Shown here: positions 41,339 to 52,034 of the stretch, one piece after another
Position numbering within the stretch: the stretch's first letter is position 1
Layout of the letters: the number at the start of each line of letters is the position of its first letter
Notes under the pieces: model-generated
The model's database searches: none
What the model saw: only the letters and a program-made list of their open reading frames with translations
What the model was told of the DNA's origin: nothing
Position numbers and translations under genes: made by a program
Assembly (NCBI GenBank): GCA_963764625.1
Contig: CAVXTH010000009.1
Location: forward strand, 1,024,001-1,088,000
DNA from: Candidatus Krumholzibacteriota bacterium
GTDB taxonomy: Bacteria; Krumholzibacteriota; Krumholzibacteriia; JAJRXK01
DNA: 64,000 nt
Direction: 5' to 3'

Positions 41339-42535
41339 TCAGTGCTTCAGGAGAGACTGATGGAGGCTCGCCAGCCAGGCTGAGCCTTCCGACTCGGGCA
41401 CGACGAAGGCCCGATGCCGAGGTCCGTGAAAGGTGAAGAGCGGGGGCCCGAGCTGTGCGCCGGTGTGTTCGACCGCGGTACTCGCCTTTCTTCCCGACAC
41501 CCCAAGACCCACCATGGTCACGCGCCGGCGGTTGCGTTCGAGCACGATGGTGACCGAACTCTCCTCGCGGAGAAAATCGGTCACCTGTGCCTTGAGGGTT
41601 TCCCCGTCCATCTCCGGCACTTGAATGCTCATGCACAGTTCGTCATGACCGCGGTAGAGCGCCGCGTCGAGCGGAAGGTCCGTGCGATCGAGCAGAGCGG
41701 TGAGACGAGAGAGGATCCCGGAGTCGAAGGGAAGTCCCTCGAGGGTGAGCAGTCCTATCGGCGGTGAGAGACACAGGCTCCAGACTGGATGGGGAGAGGG
41801 AATGGGACCCTCGGTGACCAGGGTGCACCCGCCCGCTTCCCGGAAACTGCGGAGCTCCAGTTCGAGTCCGTGAGCCTTGGCGATCTCGAGCGCCTGAGGG
41901 TGCAGAATCGGAACTCCCGCTTCAGCCAGGTCGATCATGTGCGCGTAGTCCAAACGATCGATTCTGCGCCCGCGAACCGACAGCAGCTTGGGGTCGACGC
42001 CGTAGATCCCATCCGCGTCGCGGTAGTACACGATCCGATCGGCCCTGAAGTGAACGCCCAGAACCGCGGCCGTGATGTCGGTGCCTCCCCTTCCCAAGGT
42101 CGTGATCCGGCCGTCTTCGGTTCTCCCCTGAAAGCCCGCCACGACGGGGATCTCGCCGGCTTCCAGAGAGGCGGTGACGGCGGCAGCGTCCACCCGCAGC
42201 ACGCGGGCGCGCCCGAAATCATCGTCGGTGATCACTCCCGCCTCGCTTCCGGTGAACGAGCGCGAAGCCAAGCCCCGCTTGGCCAGAGCGATGGAGAGAA
42301 AGGCGGCCGACTGCATCTCTCCGGTGGCAAGGAGACGATCGAGCTCGCTTCCGGGGGCTTCAGGATGAATGCGTCGGGCGGTGGAGAGCAGGCGATTGGT
42401 GGTGCCGGACACGGCGGACACCACCACGACCGGTCGCATGCCGCTCTCCAGCACGTGGTGCACGCGCTCGGCGGCGGCTGTGATGAGTTCAACACCGGCT
42501 AGAGATGAGCCACCAAATTTCAAAATCCGAGCCAT
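41339..42535 (-). CDS. lysC: Aspartate kinase
   Basis: LKFGGSS, VVVSA, VVAGFQG, TTLGRGGTD; C-terminal ACT region divergent. Confidence 0.85.
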   Translation of the reverse strand: MARILKFGGSSLAGVELITAAAERVHHVLESGMRPVVVVSAVSGTTNRLLSTARRIHPEAPGSELDRLLATGEMQSAAFLSIALAKRGLASRSFTGSEAGVITDDDFGRARVLRVDAAAVTASLEAGEIPVVAGFQGRTEDGRITTLGRGGTDITAAVLGVHFRADRIVYYRDADGIYGVDPKLLSVRGRRIDRLDYAHMIDLAEAGVPILHPQALEIAKAHGLELELRSFREAGGCTLVTEGPIPSPHPVWSLCLSPPIGLLTLEGLPFDSGILSRLTALLDRTDLPLDAALYRGHDELCMSIQVPEMDGETLKAQVTDFLREESSVTIVLERNRRRVTMVGLGVSGRKASTAVEHTGAQLGPPLFTFHGPRHRAFVVPESEGSAWLASLHQSLLKH

Positions 42536-42798
42536 CACGGCCACCCTCGAAGCTGAAATCGATTTCCCCTGGAGGGCGAATCGCAAGGATCACGCCGTCT
42601 TTTCAGGGGCCAGAGATCCGGCTGCGGAGAAGGTACCCCAGCTGCTTCCCATGTCCAAATAAGTGTTGCTACTGCCTGGCGGGCTCTGCTATCTTCCCCT
42701 CACAGCTGGCGGGTAGAATGTTCTCATGCAATCACTTACGAGCGTGAGCGCCCCCGCGGAGCCCCCCCTGGTGGACGCCCCCCCTTCTTGCTGTGAGT

Positions 42799-43467
42799 AT
42801 GAGTTCCATCTATGAGGTGGTGGACGCGGGCGAGCGCTGTCGGCGATGGGGGCCCTCCGCACTCTCGGCGGCGGAACTTCTGGCGTTGGTGTTGACTCGG
42901 GGAGGCAGTCGAAGCAGCGCGCTCGAGCTGGCGCGATCAGTGCTGGCTCGATTCGGCGACCTGCGGCATCTTTCCCGTGCTGAGGCGCGTGAGCTCACGA
43001 AGCTGGACGGAATTGGAGCCGCCCGGAGCGTGACTCTGAGCGCCGCGTTCGAGCTGGGGCGTCGAGTGGAGCACGGGGATGCGGAGTCTCTCGAACTGAT
43101 CGAGGGACCCGACAGCGCCGCGCGTCTCTTGCGCACCGTGTTGGGGGGTCTGAAGCAGGAGGGAGTGGCCGTTCTCCATCTGGGAGCGCGACACCAGGTC
43201 CTGCGCGTGCAGTTGGTCGCCTTGGGAACCCTCAACGCCGCGAGCGTAGAAGCGCGGGAGATTTTCCGCGGAGCCATCGCGGTGGCAGCGGCGGCGATCG
43301 TGCTCGGCCACAATCACCCTTCGGGTTCGCCCGAGCCGAGCCAAGACGATCTGCGCCTCACGCGTCGCATTGCCGGCTGTGGCGAGACGCTGGGGGTGAC
43401 TCTCTTGGACCATCTGGTCCTGGGCGAGGGAAGCTACGTTAGCCTGCGAGAGCGGGGAGTTCTCTAG
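42799..43467 (+). CDS. radC: RadC-family JAB-domain protein
   Basis: LS.AELLA, HhH GIG.A, HNHPSG.PEPS..D, LLDH. Confidence 0.92.
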   Translation: MSSIYEVVDAGERCRRWGPSALSAAELLALVLTRGGSRSSALELARSVLARFGDLRHLSRAEARELTKLDGIGAARSVTLSAAFELGRRVEHGDAESLELIEGPDSAARLLRTVLGGLKQEGVAVLHLGARHQVLRVQLVALGTLNAASVEAREIFRGAIAVAAAAIVLGHNHPSGSPEPSQDDLRLTRRIAGCGETLGVTLLDHLVLGEGSYVSLRERGVL

Positions 43468-43486
43468 CGTGGGCGCCGGAGGAACG

Positions 43487-44557
43487 ATGACGAGCACGAC
43501 CAAGGGATTGGGCAAATTGAGTCTTTGGAGCCGCTTCAACAACCTCTTCACCAACGACATCGCCATCGATCTCGGGACGGCGAATACTCTGGTCTACATC
43601 AAGGGGAAGGGCATCGTTCTGAACGAACCGAGCGTGGTCACGGTGGACAAGACGAGCCGGAGAGTTCTCGCTGTCGGTTCAAAAGCCAAAGCGATGTTGG
43701 GCAAGACCCCGGACAAGATCGAGGCCATCCGTCCGCTCAAAGACGGAGTCATCGCCGACTTCGAAGTCACCGAGTACATGCTGCGTGAGTTCATCAACAT
43801 GGCGCAAAACAAGCGCCACTTCATCGCCCCGCGAATCATCATCTGCGTTCCCAGTGGAATTACCGAGGTCGAGAAGCGCGCGGTGCGGGATTCGGCCAAG
43901 CACGCGGGCGCGCGCGAAGTATTTCTGGTGGCCGAACCCATTGCAGCCGCGATCGGGGTGGGGCTTCCGGTCGACCAGCCCAGCGGCAACATGATCATCG
44001 ACATCGGTGGCGGCACCACCGAGATCGCGGTGATCGCACTGAACGGAATCGTTTGCGATAAATCGATTCGAGTGGGTGGAGACGAGATGGACGAGGCGAT
44101 CGTCGGCTACGTGAAGAAGAACTACAACCTCCTCATCGGCCTCCCCACCGCGGAAACGATCAAGAAGGAAATCGGCAGCGCGTACAAATTCGACGAGGAA
44201 GTCGAGTGGGAGGTGAAGGGGCGCGATCTCGTGGCGGGGATTCCCAAGACTCTGAGGATTTCGAGCGACGAGATCCGGCAGGCGCTGCAGGAGCCGATCG
44301 ATCAAATCGTGGAAGCGGTGAAAGAGGCGCTCGAACACACGCCCCCCGAGCTGGCAGCCGATATCGTGGATCGTGGTATCGTCATGACCGGCGGAGGAAG
44401 CTTGCTCAAGGGTCTCGACATGCTGCTCAAGGAAGCAACGAATCTTCCTCTCAACATGGTGGATGATCCTCTGTACTGTGTGGTCCTGGGTACCGGCAAG
44501 ATCCTCGACAACGTGAGCTCCTATGAGGATGTGATCATTCACTCCGCCAAGGATTGA
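43487..44557 (+). CDS. mreB: Rod shape-determining protein MreB
   Basis: [30 protein letters not shown]. Confidence 0.98.
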   Translation: MTSTTKGLGKLSLWSRFNNLFTNDIAIDLGTANTLVYIKGKGIVLNEPSVVTVDKTSRRVLAVGSKAKAMLGKTPDKIEAIRPLKDGVIADFEVTEYMLREFINMAQNKRHFIAPRIIICVPSGITEVEKRAVRDSAKHAGAREVFLVAEPIAAAIGVGLPVDQPSGNMIIDIGGGTTEIAVIALNGIVCDKSIRVGGDEMDEAIVGYVKKNYNLLIGLPTAETIKKEIGSAYKFDEEVEWEVKGRDLVAGIPKTLRISSDEIRQALQEPIDQIVEAVKEALEHTPPELAADIVDRGIVMTGGGSLLKGLDMLLKEATNLPLNMVDDPLYCVVLGTGKILDNVSSYEDVIIHSAKD

Positions 44558-44558
44558 G

Positions 44559-45416
44559 ATGGCGAGACTTCCCGAGGGCCTCTCGCGCTTCCGTGACCAG
44601 ATCGTCCTGATCATCTGCGTGGCGCTCTCGCTGTGGGCGATTTCCCTCGACAACCCCAAACGGCTGGATGTCGGGACGCGACTCGCGCACCGCGTATTCA
44701 CGCCGGTGGAATGGATCGCTCGCGTCGTCGACGATCTGGGTTCGCTGAGGCGCGAGAACGAAGTGCTGCGCGGTAAGATCGCGGCGATGGATTTGGATGC
44801 GGTCCAGATCGAGCTGCAGCGGCATCGCTTCGAGGAGTTGCAGCGCCGCGCCGGATTTTTCGAACACAACCGGGGAAGACTGGCGCCGGCCATCGTGCTG
44901 GAGCTCACGGTGAACCGCATTCCGGTGCAGGCGAAGATTCGCATTCAGAGCGAAGACAGCCTCGCGGTCTGGCAGCCGGTCGTCACCGAGAACGGGCTCG
45001 TGGGAAGAGTGCGAGAGCTGCTCGACGACAAGACGGCCCTGGTGGAGCTTCTCACCGAAGCCGACGCTAGAATCAGCGTCGAGTCCCTCGCGAGCGGGGT
45101 GACCGGACTTCTCCGCTACAACGGCCGCATCTTCCTCATGGATCATGTGCCCCAGGGCGACCCTCTCGCGGTGAACGACCAGATCGTCACCAGCGGTTTA
45201 GGTGGGACGGTTCCGCGAGGAATTCCGGTGGGCCGCATCTCACGCGTGGAGCTTTCCAAGGTCGAGCTCTTTCAACACGTGGAGATCGAAGCCGCGGTCC
45301 ATTTCAGCGCGCTATCGCAGGTCTACGTGATCACGCGACCCGGTCCCTGGTACTCCCGCCACGACGACAGCGTCTTGCCCGCGAAGAGCGACGATGCGCA
45401 GGGAGCAACGCCGTGA
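44559..45416 (+). CDS. mreC: Rod shape-determining protein MreC
   Basis: Coiled coil LRRENE.L, GLVGRV, TSGLGG..P.GIPVG; operon position. Confidence 0.93.
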   Translation: MARLPEGLSRFRDQIVLIICVALSLWAISLDNPKRLDVGTRLAHRVFTPVEWIARVVDDLGSLRRENEVLRGKIAAMDLDAVQIELQRHRFEELQRRAGFFEHNRGRLAPAIVLELTVNRIPVQAKIRIQSEDSLAVWQPVVTENGLVGRVRELLDDKTALVELLTEADARISVESLASGVTGLLRYNGRIFLMDHVPQGDPLAVNDQIVTSGLGGTVPRGIPVGRISRVELSKVELFQHVEIEAAVHFSALSQVYVITRPGPWYSRHDDSVLPAKSDDAQGATP

Positions 45417-45922
45417 ACTCCCTCCGCCTCACCCTCACCGCGCTTTTCGCTCTGCTGCTGCAGCTCACCCTCGTCGAGCGCATGGCGTTCTTCGGAGTGC
45501 GGCCGGATTTCACGGTGCTCGTCGTCGTACTGTTGGGCCTGAGGGGTGGTCCCCTGACCGGCACTCTGGTGGGGTTCTTCCTCGGCCTGATCCAGGACCT
45601 CCTGACCCCGGCCACTCTGGGCATGAGCATGCTCGCCAAGACCATCCTGGGAAACATCTCCGGGCGTCTGAGTTCCAGTTTAGTGCTGCCGGCGCTTCCT
45701 CTGTACGGCCCGCTATTCGCGGTCGCGGTTCTGACCCACGACTTCATCTACCTGCTGGCCTACACTCGCCTCGAACCGGGTCGTTTTCTGCGAATTTTCC
45801 TCACTCAATCCTTTCCCACCGCCCTCTACACCGCACTGGTGGGCGTCCTTCTCCTTCTCCTCACCTCTCTTTTGGGAGGCGGTGCGTTGGGCCTGAGGAG
45901 GGAGGTGGGAGGTGGCCATTGA
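45413..45922 (+). CDS. mreD: Rod shape-determining protein MreD
   Basis: Hydrophobic, PD motif, GF..GL..D; lies between mreC and mrdA. Confidence 0.88.
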   Translation: MNSLRLTLTALFALLLQLTLVERMAFFGVRPDFTVLVVVLLGLRGGPLTGTLVGFFLGLIQDLLTPATLGMSMLAKTILGNISGRLSSSLVLPALPLYGPLFAVAVLTHDFIYLLAYTRLEPGRFLRIFLTQSFPTALYTALVGVLLLLLTSLLGGGALGLRREVGGGH

Positions 45923-47714
45923 GCTCAGCGCTCGAGAATCACGAGCCCACCTTCTGGTTCGTGGGGTTCTGATCGCCTACGGCATCCTGATCCTCTCTCT
46001 GATCGCGACTCAGGTGGTTCGCAACGAGTACTACGTGGGATTGGCCCGGGAAAACCGGCAGACCACCATGCGGATCGACGCGCCGCGAGGGATCATCGCC
46101 GACCGCAACGGCATCGCTCTGGCGGACAACGTCCATCAAGCACGGCTGACCATCTCGAAGCAGCGCGCCCACGAGGGAGACGCTTCCCTGGAGGCTCTGA
46201 TCCGGCTGCTGGGCCTGGACCGCGACTTCATCCTCTCCCGAATGGCCGATTCGGGCGAACCCAGCCGAGTCACCATCCTGCGCCACGCTGACCCGAAGCA
46301 GATCGCGGTGGTGGAGGAGCACCGCGCAGTGCTTCCGGACGTGCAGCTCGAGGTCGAGCCACGGCGCCGCTATCACTTTGGATCACTGGCCGCGCACCTC
46401 CTGGGATACGTGGGCGAGGTGAATAGCGCCGACATGAGACGCGATCATCGCGGCTTCTACGAACCGGGAGACATCGTCGGTCGAACCGGAGTGGAGAGCC
46501 TGGCGGAAAATCAGCTTCGTGGAGTCCACGGCCGTCGCGTGGTGGAAGTGAACGTCGCGGGGCATCTGGTGGGAGAGGTTCCCGAGGGTTTCTCCCAGGC
46601 CATTCCGGGGGTGAAGATCTATCTCACCCTGAGCCAGCCGCTCCAGGCGCGACTGGAAGAGCTGCTGAAAGGGAAGCGTGGAGCCGGCGTGGTGATCGAG
46701 GTGGCGACCGGAGACATCCTGGCCATGGCCTCGTCTCCCACTTTCGATCCCAACGAATTCACCGGCGGGATCAGCAGCGAACGGTACGGTGAGCTGCGGG
46801 ACGATCCGGGCAAGCCCCTCTTCAACCGTACTCTCCAGGGCACCTATCCCCCCGGAAGCCCCTACAAATTGATCACGGCCGCCGCCGCTCTCGAGTACGG
46901 AAAGGTGACGCCTTCAACTCGCTTCGAGCCCTGCACCGGAGGGTACCGTCTGGGCAACCGCGTCTTTCGCTGCTGGAAGCCGGAGGGACACGGAAGTCTG
47001 AACCTGAAGGAGGCCATCGCCCAGAGCTGCGACGTCTACTTTTACCAGTTGGCGGAGAAACTCACTCTGGAGGAACTGGATGAGACGGCGCATCGCTTCG
47101 GACTGGGCCGGCCGACCGGAGTCGAACTGAGCGGCGAGGCCTCGGGCCTTGTTCCCGACAGGAAGTACTACAACCAGCGATTCGGGGTGGGACACTGGAC
47201 TCGGGCCGTGCTTCTGAACAACGGCATCGGACAGGGTGAGCTTCTGGTCACGCCTCTGCAGATGACGCGGACCTTCGCCGCCATCGGAGGAGATGGCTAT
47301 CTGTATCGGCCGCATTTAATCCTCGCACGCGAGAACGCCTACGGGGTCATCGACAAAAGACTCGTGCGAAGACTGAACCAGAAGATCTGTTCGGACAAAA
47401 CCAGGCACTTCCTGCAGAGTGCTCTGGTGGACGCGGTGGCGGCGGAGGAGGGGACCGGAGGACTGGCGCGTATCCAGGGTGTGAACGTCGCCGGAAAGAC
47501 CGGCACGGCCGAGAACGCCTCTGGGGAAGATCACGCCTGGTTCATCGCCTACGCTCCCGCGGAGGATCCGGAGGTCGCGGTCGCAGTCATCGTCGAGAAC
47601 GCGGGACATGGTGGATCGGTGGCGGCTCCGATCGTGGGTGATCTGCTCAAGACCTATTTCGACTGGCAAGACCAGGAGGGCCAAGCGAGCTCCGAGCAGG
47701 GAGTACAGCCATGA
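45912..47714 (+). CDS. mrdA: Penicillin-binding protein 2
   Basis: APRG.I.DRNG, YPPGSPYK, SCDVYFY, GKTGTAE. Confidence 0.95.
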   Translation: MAIELSARESRAHLLVRGVLIAYGILILSLIATQVVRNEYYVGLARENRQTTMRIDAPRGIIADRNGIALADNVHQARLTISKQRAHEGDASLEALIRLLGLDRDFILSRMADSGEPSRVTILRHADPKQIAVVEEHRAVLPDVQLEVEPRRRYHFGSLAAHLLGYVGEVNSADMRRDHRGFYEPGDIVGRTGVESLAENQLRGVHGRRVVEVNVAGHLVGEVPEGFSQAIPGVKIYLTLSQPLQARLEELLKGKRGAGVVIEVATGDILAMASSPTFDPNEFTGGISSERYGELRDDPGKPLFNRTLQGTYPPGSPYKLITAAAALEYGKVTPSTRFEPCTGGYRLGNRVFRCWKPEGHGSLNLKEAIAQSCDVYFYQLAEKLTLEELDETAHRFGLGRPTGVELSGEASGLVPDRKYYNQRFGVGHWTRAVLLNNGIGQGELLVTPLQMTRTFAAIGGDGYLYRPHLILARENAYGVIDKRLVRRLNQKICSDKTRHFLQSALVDAVAAEEGTGGLARIQGVNVAGKTGTAENASGEDHAWFIAYAPAEDPEVAVAVIVENAGHGGSVAAPIVGDLLKTYFDWQDQEGQASSEQGVQP

Positions 47715-48982
47715 GGCGCGGAATCCAACTCGTCTCTCGCATGGATACGGCCGCGCTCAGCGCGTGGTTCGCTCTCATGGTGATCGGCCTGGCCACCGTC
47801 TATTCCTGCACCCAACCGCTTCCCGGGGGGGCGGAGGGGGTGCACCGGCTCATCGGCATCACGATCGTCTACAATCAGATGATCTGGCTGGTCTTGGGAA
47901 TCGGCGCCGCGCTTCTCTGCCTGCTCGTTCCGATTCGTTTCTTCGAGACCTTCGCCTTCGTGTTCTACGGCGCCTCCATCGCGGCGCTGTTGGCCGTCTT
48001 CGTCATCAGTCCCGAGCGGGCGGGGACCCACCGCTGGCTCACTCTGGGCCCCTTTTCGTTGCAGCCGTCGGAATTGGCCAAAGTCGCGTACCTGTTCACA
48101 CTCGCGCGTTTTCTCGCGGTGCGGGAGGGAAAGGGCCCCTTCTTCACGGTGGTGGGGGTGTTCCTCCTCTCGCTACCGCCCTTTCTGCTCGTGCTCAAGG
48201 AGCCCGATCTGGGGACCGCTCTGGTCTTTCTCATCCTGGGCGTGCCCATGATGTTCTGGTCGGGAGTTCGCGCATCGTTCCTGCTCGCGATCTTCTCTCC
48301 GCTTCTGAGCGGGCTCACCATGTTCTACGGGCAGCAGGTTCTGCACAGTGATTGGCCCTGGGCCATCTACGTCGTCGTGCTTCTCTTCGCGCTTTTCTAT
48401 TCGCGTCTGTACATGCTTCACAGCGTTCTTCTGGTGGTGGCCAACCTGACGACCGGGCTGGGGATTCCCTTGATCTGGGACAAGCTGCAGAGCTACCAGC
48501 AGCAGAGAATTCTCACCTTCTTCAAGCCGGGAGAGACCGATCATCTCGGCGTGGGCTATCAGGTCTATCAGAGCAAGGTGGCGATCGGATCGGGCGGCAT
48601 CTTGGGGAAGGGCTATCTCCACGGCACGCAGAAGGGTCTCGCGTTTCTGCCGGAACGGCATACCGACTTCATCTTCAGCGTCCTGGGAGAGGAGCTTGGA
48701 CTCGTGGGAGCGTTGGTCGTCATCAGCCTGTTCCTGCTCATCTTCGTACGCGCGATGCGCATCGCGGTGAAGGCCAAGCGGCCCTTCGCCAGCCTGCTTG
48801 CGGTGGGAGTGGGGTCCTACTTCTTTCTCCAGTCCTTCGTGAACATCTCGATCACCCTGGGTTTGTTACCGGTCACCGGATTGCCCCTTCCCTTCATCAC
48901 CTATGGAGGATCCTCCATGCTGGCCTCGTGCCTCATGATGGGCCTCTTGCTCAGTGTCTCCGCCCGTTGGTCGGAGGTCTGA
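47711..48982 (+). CDS. rodA: SEDS peptidoglycan polymerase RodA
   Basis: QPSELAK, PDLGT, PERHTDFIF, GLPLPFITYGGSS. Confidence 0.95.
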   Translation: MRRGIQLVSRMDTAALSAWFALMVIGLATVYSCTQPLPGGAEGVHRLIGITIVYNQMIWLVLGIGAALLCLLVPIRFFETFAFVFYGASIAALLAVFVISPERAGTHRWLTLGPFSLQPSELAKVAYLFTLARFLAVREGKGPFFTVVGVFLLSLPPFLLVLKEPDLGTALVFLILGVPMMFWSGVRASFLLAIFSPLLSGLTMFYGQQVLHSDWPWAIYVVVLLFALFYSRLYMLHSVLLVVANLTTGLGIPLIWDKLQSYQQQRILTFFKPGETDHLGVGYQVYQSKVAIGSGGILGKGYLHGTQKGLAFLPERHTDFIFSVLGEELGLVGALVVISLFLLIFVRAMRIAVKAKRPFASLLAVGVGSYFFLQSFVNISITLGLLPVTGLPLPFITYGGSSMLASCLMMGLLLSVSARWSEV

Positions 48983-48983
48983 G

Positions 48984-49880
48984 ATGGAGGGCGAAACCCA
49001 GGGCGACCGCGGCGAATCGATCGAGGTCCTGAACTTTGAGAACGGGATCCTGCGCGCTTCAAATGGAGAGCAGGCGAGCTGGCCGCGTCTGGCCCTGTTG
49101 GGTGATCCGGTGGAGCACAGCCTGAGCCCGGCGCTTCACGGGGCGGCGCTGCAAGGCGCGAACCTCCCCGGCCAGTATCGTTGCGTGAGAGTGGCCGGCG
49201 AGGAGTTCGAGGCCTGCCTCCGCTCCGCCCTGAAGGCCGAGGCCGTGGGCCTGAACGTCACCCTTCCGCATAAGGAGCGCGCGCTGCGCGCATGCCACCA
49301 GAGTTCCTCTCTGGCCGGGCGTGTCGGCGCGGCGAATACTCTGGTGCCGGTACCGAACGGATGGGAGGCCCACAACACCGACGTGGGAGGCTTGAAGGAC
49401 GCGCTGCGACTGGCGTTTCCCGGCCGCCCTTGGCGGGGAGAATGCGTGGTGGTGGGAGCGGGTGGCGCCGCGCGGGCCGCGGTGGTCGCGCTATTCGAGC
49501 TGAGCGCGCAGCGGGTGAGAGTCTTCGCGCGCCGGGTGGAACGCGCAGGGTGGGCCGCATCGTTCGGCGCCTCCGCCGAAGACCTTCGCACCGCTGCTCT
49601 GGATTCGGCCACCCTGCTCATCCAGGCCACTCCTCTGGGATTGCTTCCTGAGGACCCCAGTCCGCTCGACCCGGGCCGGATTCCAGATGGGTGCGCGCTG
49701 ATGGATCTCTGCTATGGCGCGACTCCCTCTGCTCTCTTGCGCGCGCACCGCACCAGAGGCCCCGTGGCGGACGGAAGGGAGATGCTCTGCGCCCAGGCGG
49801 CGCGTTCCTTCCGCCTCTGGTTTCCTGCAGCGCAACCCGAAGAATTCATTCGTCGCGCTTGCCCCAAGTCTCCTCTCTGA
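48984..49880 (+). CDS. aroE: Shikimate dehydrogenase
   Basis: HSLSP..H, NVTLPHK, NTD, GAGGAARA. Confidence 0.9.
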   Translation: MEGETQGDRGESIEVLNFENGILRASNGEQASWPRLALLGDPVEHSLSPALHGAALQGANLPGQYRCVRVAGEEFEACLRSALKAEAVGLNVTLPHKERALRACHQSSSLAGRVGAANTLVPVPNGWEAHNTDVGGLKDALRLAFPGRPWRGECVVVGAGGAARAAVVALFELSAQRVRVFARRVERAGWAASFGASAEDLRTAALDSATLLIQATPLGLLPEDPSPLDPGRIPDGCALMDLCYGATPSALLRAHRTRGPVADGREMLCAQAARSFRLWFPAAQPEEFIRRACPKSPL

Positions 49881-49904
49881 GTTCTCCCGGTGAAAGTATG
49901 AGCG

Positions 49905-50642
49905 ATGGGAATTCGCGAGTCCGCCCTCTCGTGGCGGCAAGGATTGATCGATTTGGCTTGGCCTTCCCGATGTCCCGTCTGTGAATCCTGGTTGGGAGAG
50001 ACTTCGAGTTCGCGCGGCGAGGGAGAGGACTTCGCGCTTTCGCGGCTGATCCACCGCGAGTGTCTGGAGAGCCTCTCTCCCTCGGGGCACGCGCTCGACC
50101 GGCCGAGCAACGCGCCGGCGTCGTGTCCGGTCGCCTGGCGCTACCGAGACGATTCGCGGTTCTTTCGCATCCTCCACGCGATCAAGTACGGCGGCCAGTA
50201 TCCTCTCATCGAGGCGCTCTGCGACAGTTTCGCCGCCTGGGCCGCGCCCCTCCTGCCGCCTCTTTCGACGGGAAGGATCGTCCCGTTGCCGGAGGATCCG
50301 CTGCGACTGGCTCGGCGCGGGCATTCGCTTCCCCGGGCCCTGGCGGCGGCGTTGGCGCGTACTGCGAACTTGCCGCTGGTGGAGGGGATACTTATTAGAA
50401 GAAAGGCGGCCCTGGGACTGGCAACTCTCGCGCAGAAGAGCGAGCGTGAGGCCGCGCTGAAATCTGTCTTTGGGGTGAGCCGTCTGGCGGAACTTCCTTC
50501 GGGCGTCCCCCTGATTTTGGTGGATGACCAGGTGACGACGGGAGCGACTCTGGCCGCATGCGTGCTCCTCCTGCGTTCGCGAGGGCACCCTCTCTTGGCC
50601 CTGGCTCTGGCCGGCGCCAAGGCGGCGCCACGGCGAGTGTGA
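49905..50642 (+). CDS. comF: ComF-family phosphoribosyltransferase-domain protein
   Basis: CPVC, IKY.G, R..RG, LVDDQVTTGATL. Confidence 0.82.
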   Translation: MGIRESALSWRQGLIDLAWPSRCPVCESWLGETSSSRGEGEDFALSRLIHRECLESLSPSGHALDRPSNAPASCPVAWRYRDDSRFFRILHAIKYGGQYPLIEALCDSFAAWAAPLLPPLSTGRIVPLPEDPLRLARRGHSLPRALAAALARTANLPLVEGILIRRKAALGLATLAQKSEREAALKSVFGVSRLAELPSGVPLILVDDQVTTGATLAACVLLLRSRGHPLLALALAGAKAAPRRV

Positions 50643-50644
50643 CC

Positions 50645-50674
50645 TTGACACTTCGGGACTCGAGTCTCTACTAT
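50645..50674 (+). promoter_or_regulatory. Putative sigma70 promoter of pgk
   Basis: TTGACA-N18-TACTAT. Confidence 0.5.
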
Positions 50675-50788
50675 GATCCAGGAGTCATCGAGAGTATAAG
50701 CATTTGAAACACAACGAGATACCGCATCAACTCCGGCGCCGATAGGGGAAGCGACCGCGGGAAGACGAGCCGGGAGAATCGGGGAATC

Positions 50789-52000
50789 ATGAAGAAGCTC
50801 TCAGTCCAGGACATCGATCTTCAAGGGGTACGCGTGCTCACCCGGGTGGATTTCAACGTGCCGATGAACGAGGCGCAAGAGATCACCGATGACACGCGGA
50901 TCCGGGCCTCGCTCTCGACCCTCGATCTCGTCCGAGCCCGGGGGGGGCAGCTCATTCTCATGAGCCACTTGGGCCGGCCCAAAGGGCAACGCATCGAGTC
51001 GATGAGCTTGCGTCCCGTCGCGGATCGACTCGCGGAGCTGTGCAAGGCTCCGGTACGATTCGTTCCCGACTGCGTGGGGGAGGAGGCCAAGGCCGCGCTC
51101 TCGAGCCTGAGTGGCGGTGAGATCGTGCTTCTGGAAAATCTCCGCTTCCATGCGGAGGAAACCGCGAACGATCCACAGTTCGCATCTGCCTTGGCCCAGT
51201 GGGGGGACGTCTACGTCAACGATGCCTTCGGGACCGCCCATCGGGCGCACGCGAGTACGGTGGGAGTGGCTCCGCACTTCGACCTACGCGTCTCGGGCCT
51301 TCTCATGGCCAAAGAGCTGGACAACCTCCAAGGCTTGCTCGAAAAGCCGGCGCAGCCCTTCGTGGCGGTCCTGGGCGGTGCCAAGGTGAGCGGCAAGATC
51401 GAGGTCGTCGCCAACCTCTTGGATCGTGTCGATTCGATCCTGATCGGCGGAGGCATGGCCTTCACCTTCTTCAAGGTGCATGGATTGGAGGTGGGGGCGA
51501 GCTTGGTGGAGGAGGGCCTCACGGATACGGTGCGGGAGATTCTGGAACGGGCCAAGAATTCGCGCACCCGGATTCTCCTGCCGCAAGACGTGGTCGTGAG
51601 CAGCGAGTTCTCCGAGAAGGGGACGCTGAAAGAAGTGCTCGTCACCGACATCCCGGAATCATGGCAAGGACTCGACATCGGTCCGCGGACCACGAAGTTC
51701 TTCGCCGAGGAGATCGCGCGGGCGCGGACCGTGTTCTGGAATGGGCCCATGGGAGTCTTCGAAATGGCCCGATTTGCCCGCGGCACCCGGGCGATCGCTC
51801 GCGCCATTGCGCGCGCAACGGAACAAGGAGCGCGCACGGTGGTAGGAGGCGGGGACTCCGTGGCGGCGGTGAATCAGCTGGATCTCGCCGCCTCGATTTC
51901 GCACCTCTCCACCGGCGGGGGCGCCTCGCTGGAGCTCTTGGCGGGAAAGACCCTGCCCGGGGTGGAGGTGCTGTCCGACGTGAGCTCCTCTCCCGTCTGA
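50789..52000 (+). CDS. pgk: Phosphoglycerate kinase
   Basis: RVDFNVP, SHLGRP, NDAFGTAHR, STGGGASLE. Confidence 0.98.
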   Translation: MKKLSVQDIDLQGVRVLTRVDFNVPMNEAQEITDDTRIRASLSTLDLVRARGGQLILMSHLGRPKGQRIESMSLRPVADRLAELCKAPVRFVPDCVGEEAKAALSSLSGGEIVLLENLRFHAEETANDPQFASALAQWGDVYVNDAFGTAHRAHASTVGVAPHFDLRVSGLLMAKELDNLQGLLEKPAQPFVAVLGGAKVSGKIEVVANLLDRVDSILIGGGMAFTFFKVHGLEVGASLVEEGLTDTVREILERAKNSRTRILLPQDVVVSSEFSEKGTLKEVLVTDIPESWQGLDIGPRTTKFFAEEIARARTVFWNGPMGVFEMARFARGTRAIARAIARATEQGARTVVGGGDSVAAVNQLDLAASISHLSTGGGASLELLAGKTLPGVEVLSDVSSSPV

Positions 52001-52034
52001 GGGTGAGCGCCAGCTTCGCCAAAGGGGAATCGTC

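Noticed and set aside
42540-42790. Lysine riboswitch upstream of lysC
   Set aside because: No recognisable L-box consensus on the minus strand.
42799-43467. radC as a marker of a mobile element
   Set aside because: It is the full-length chromosomal form with the HhH region, in the common radC-mreBCD context.
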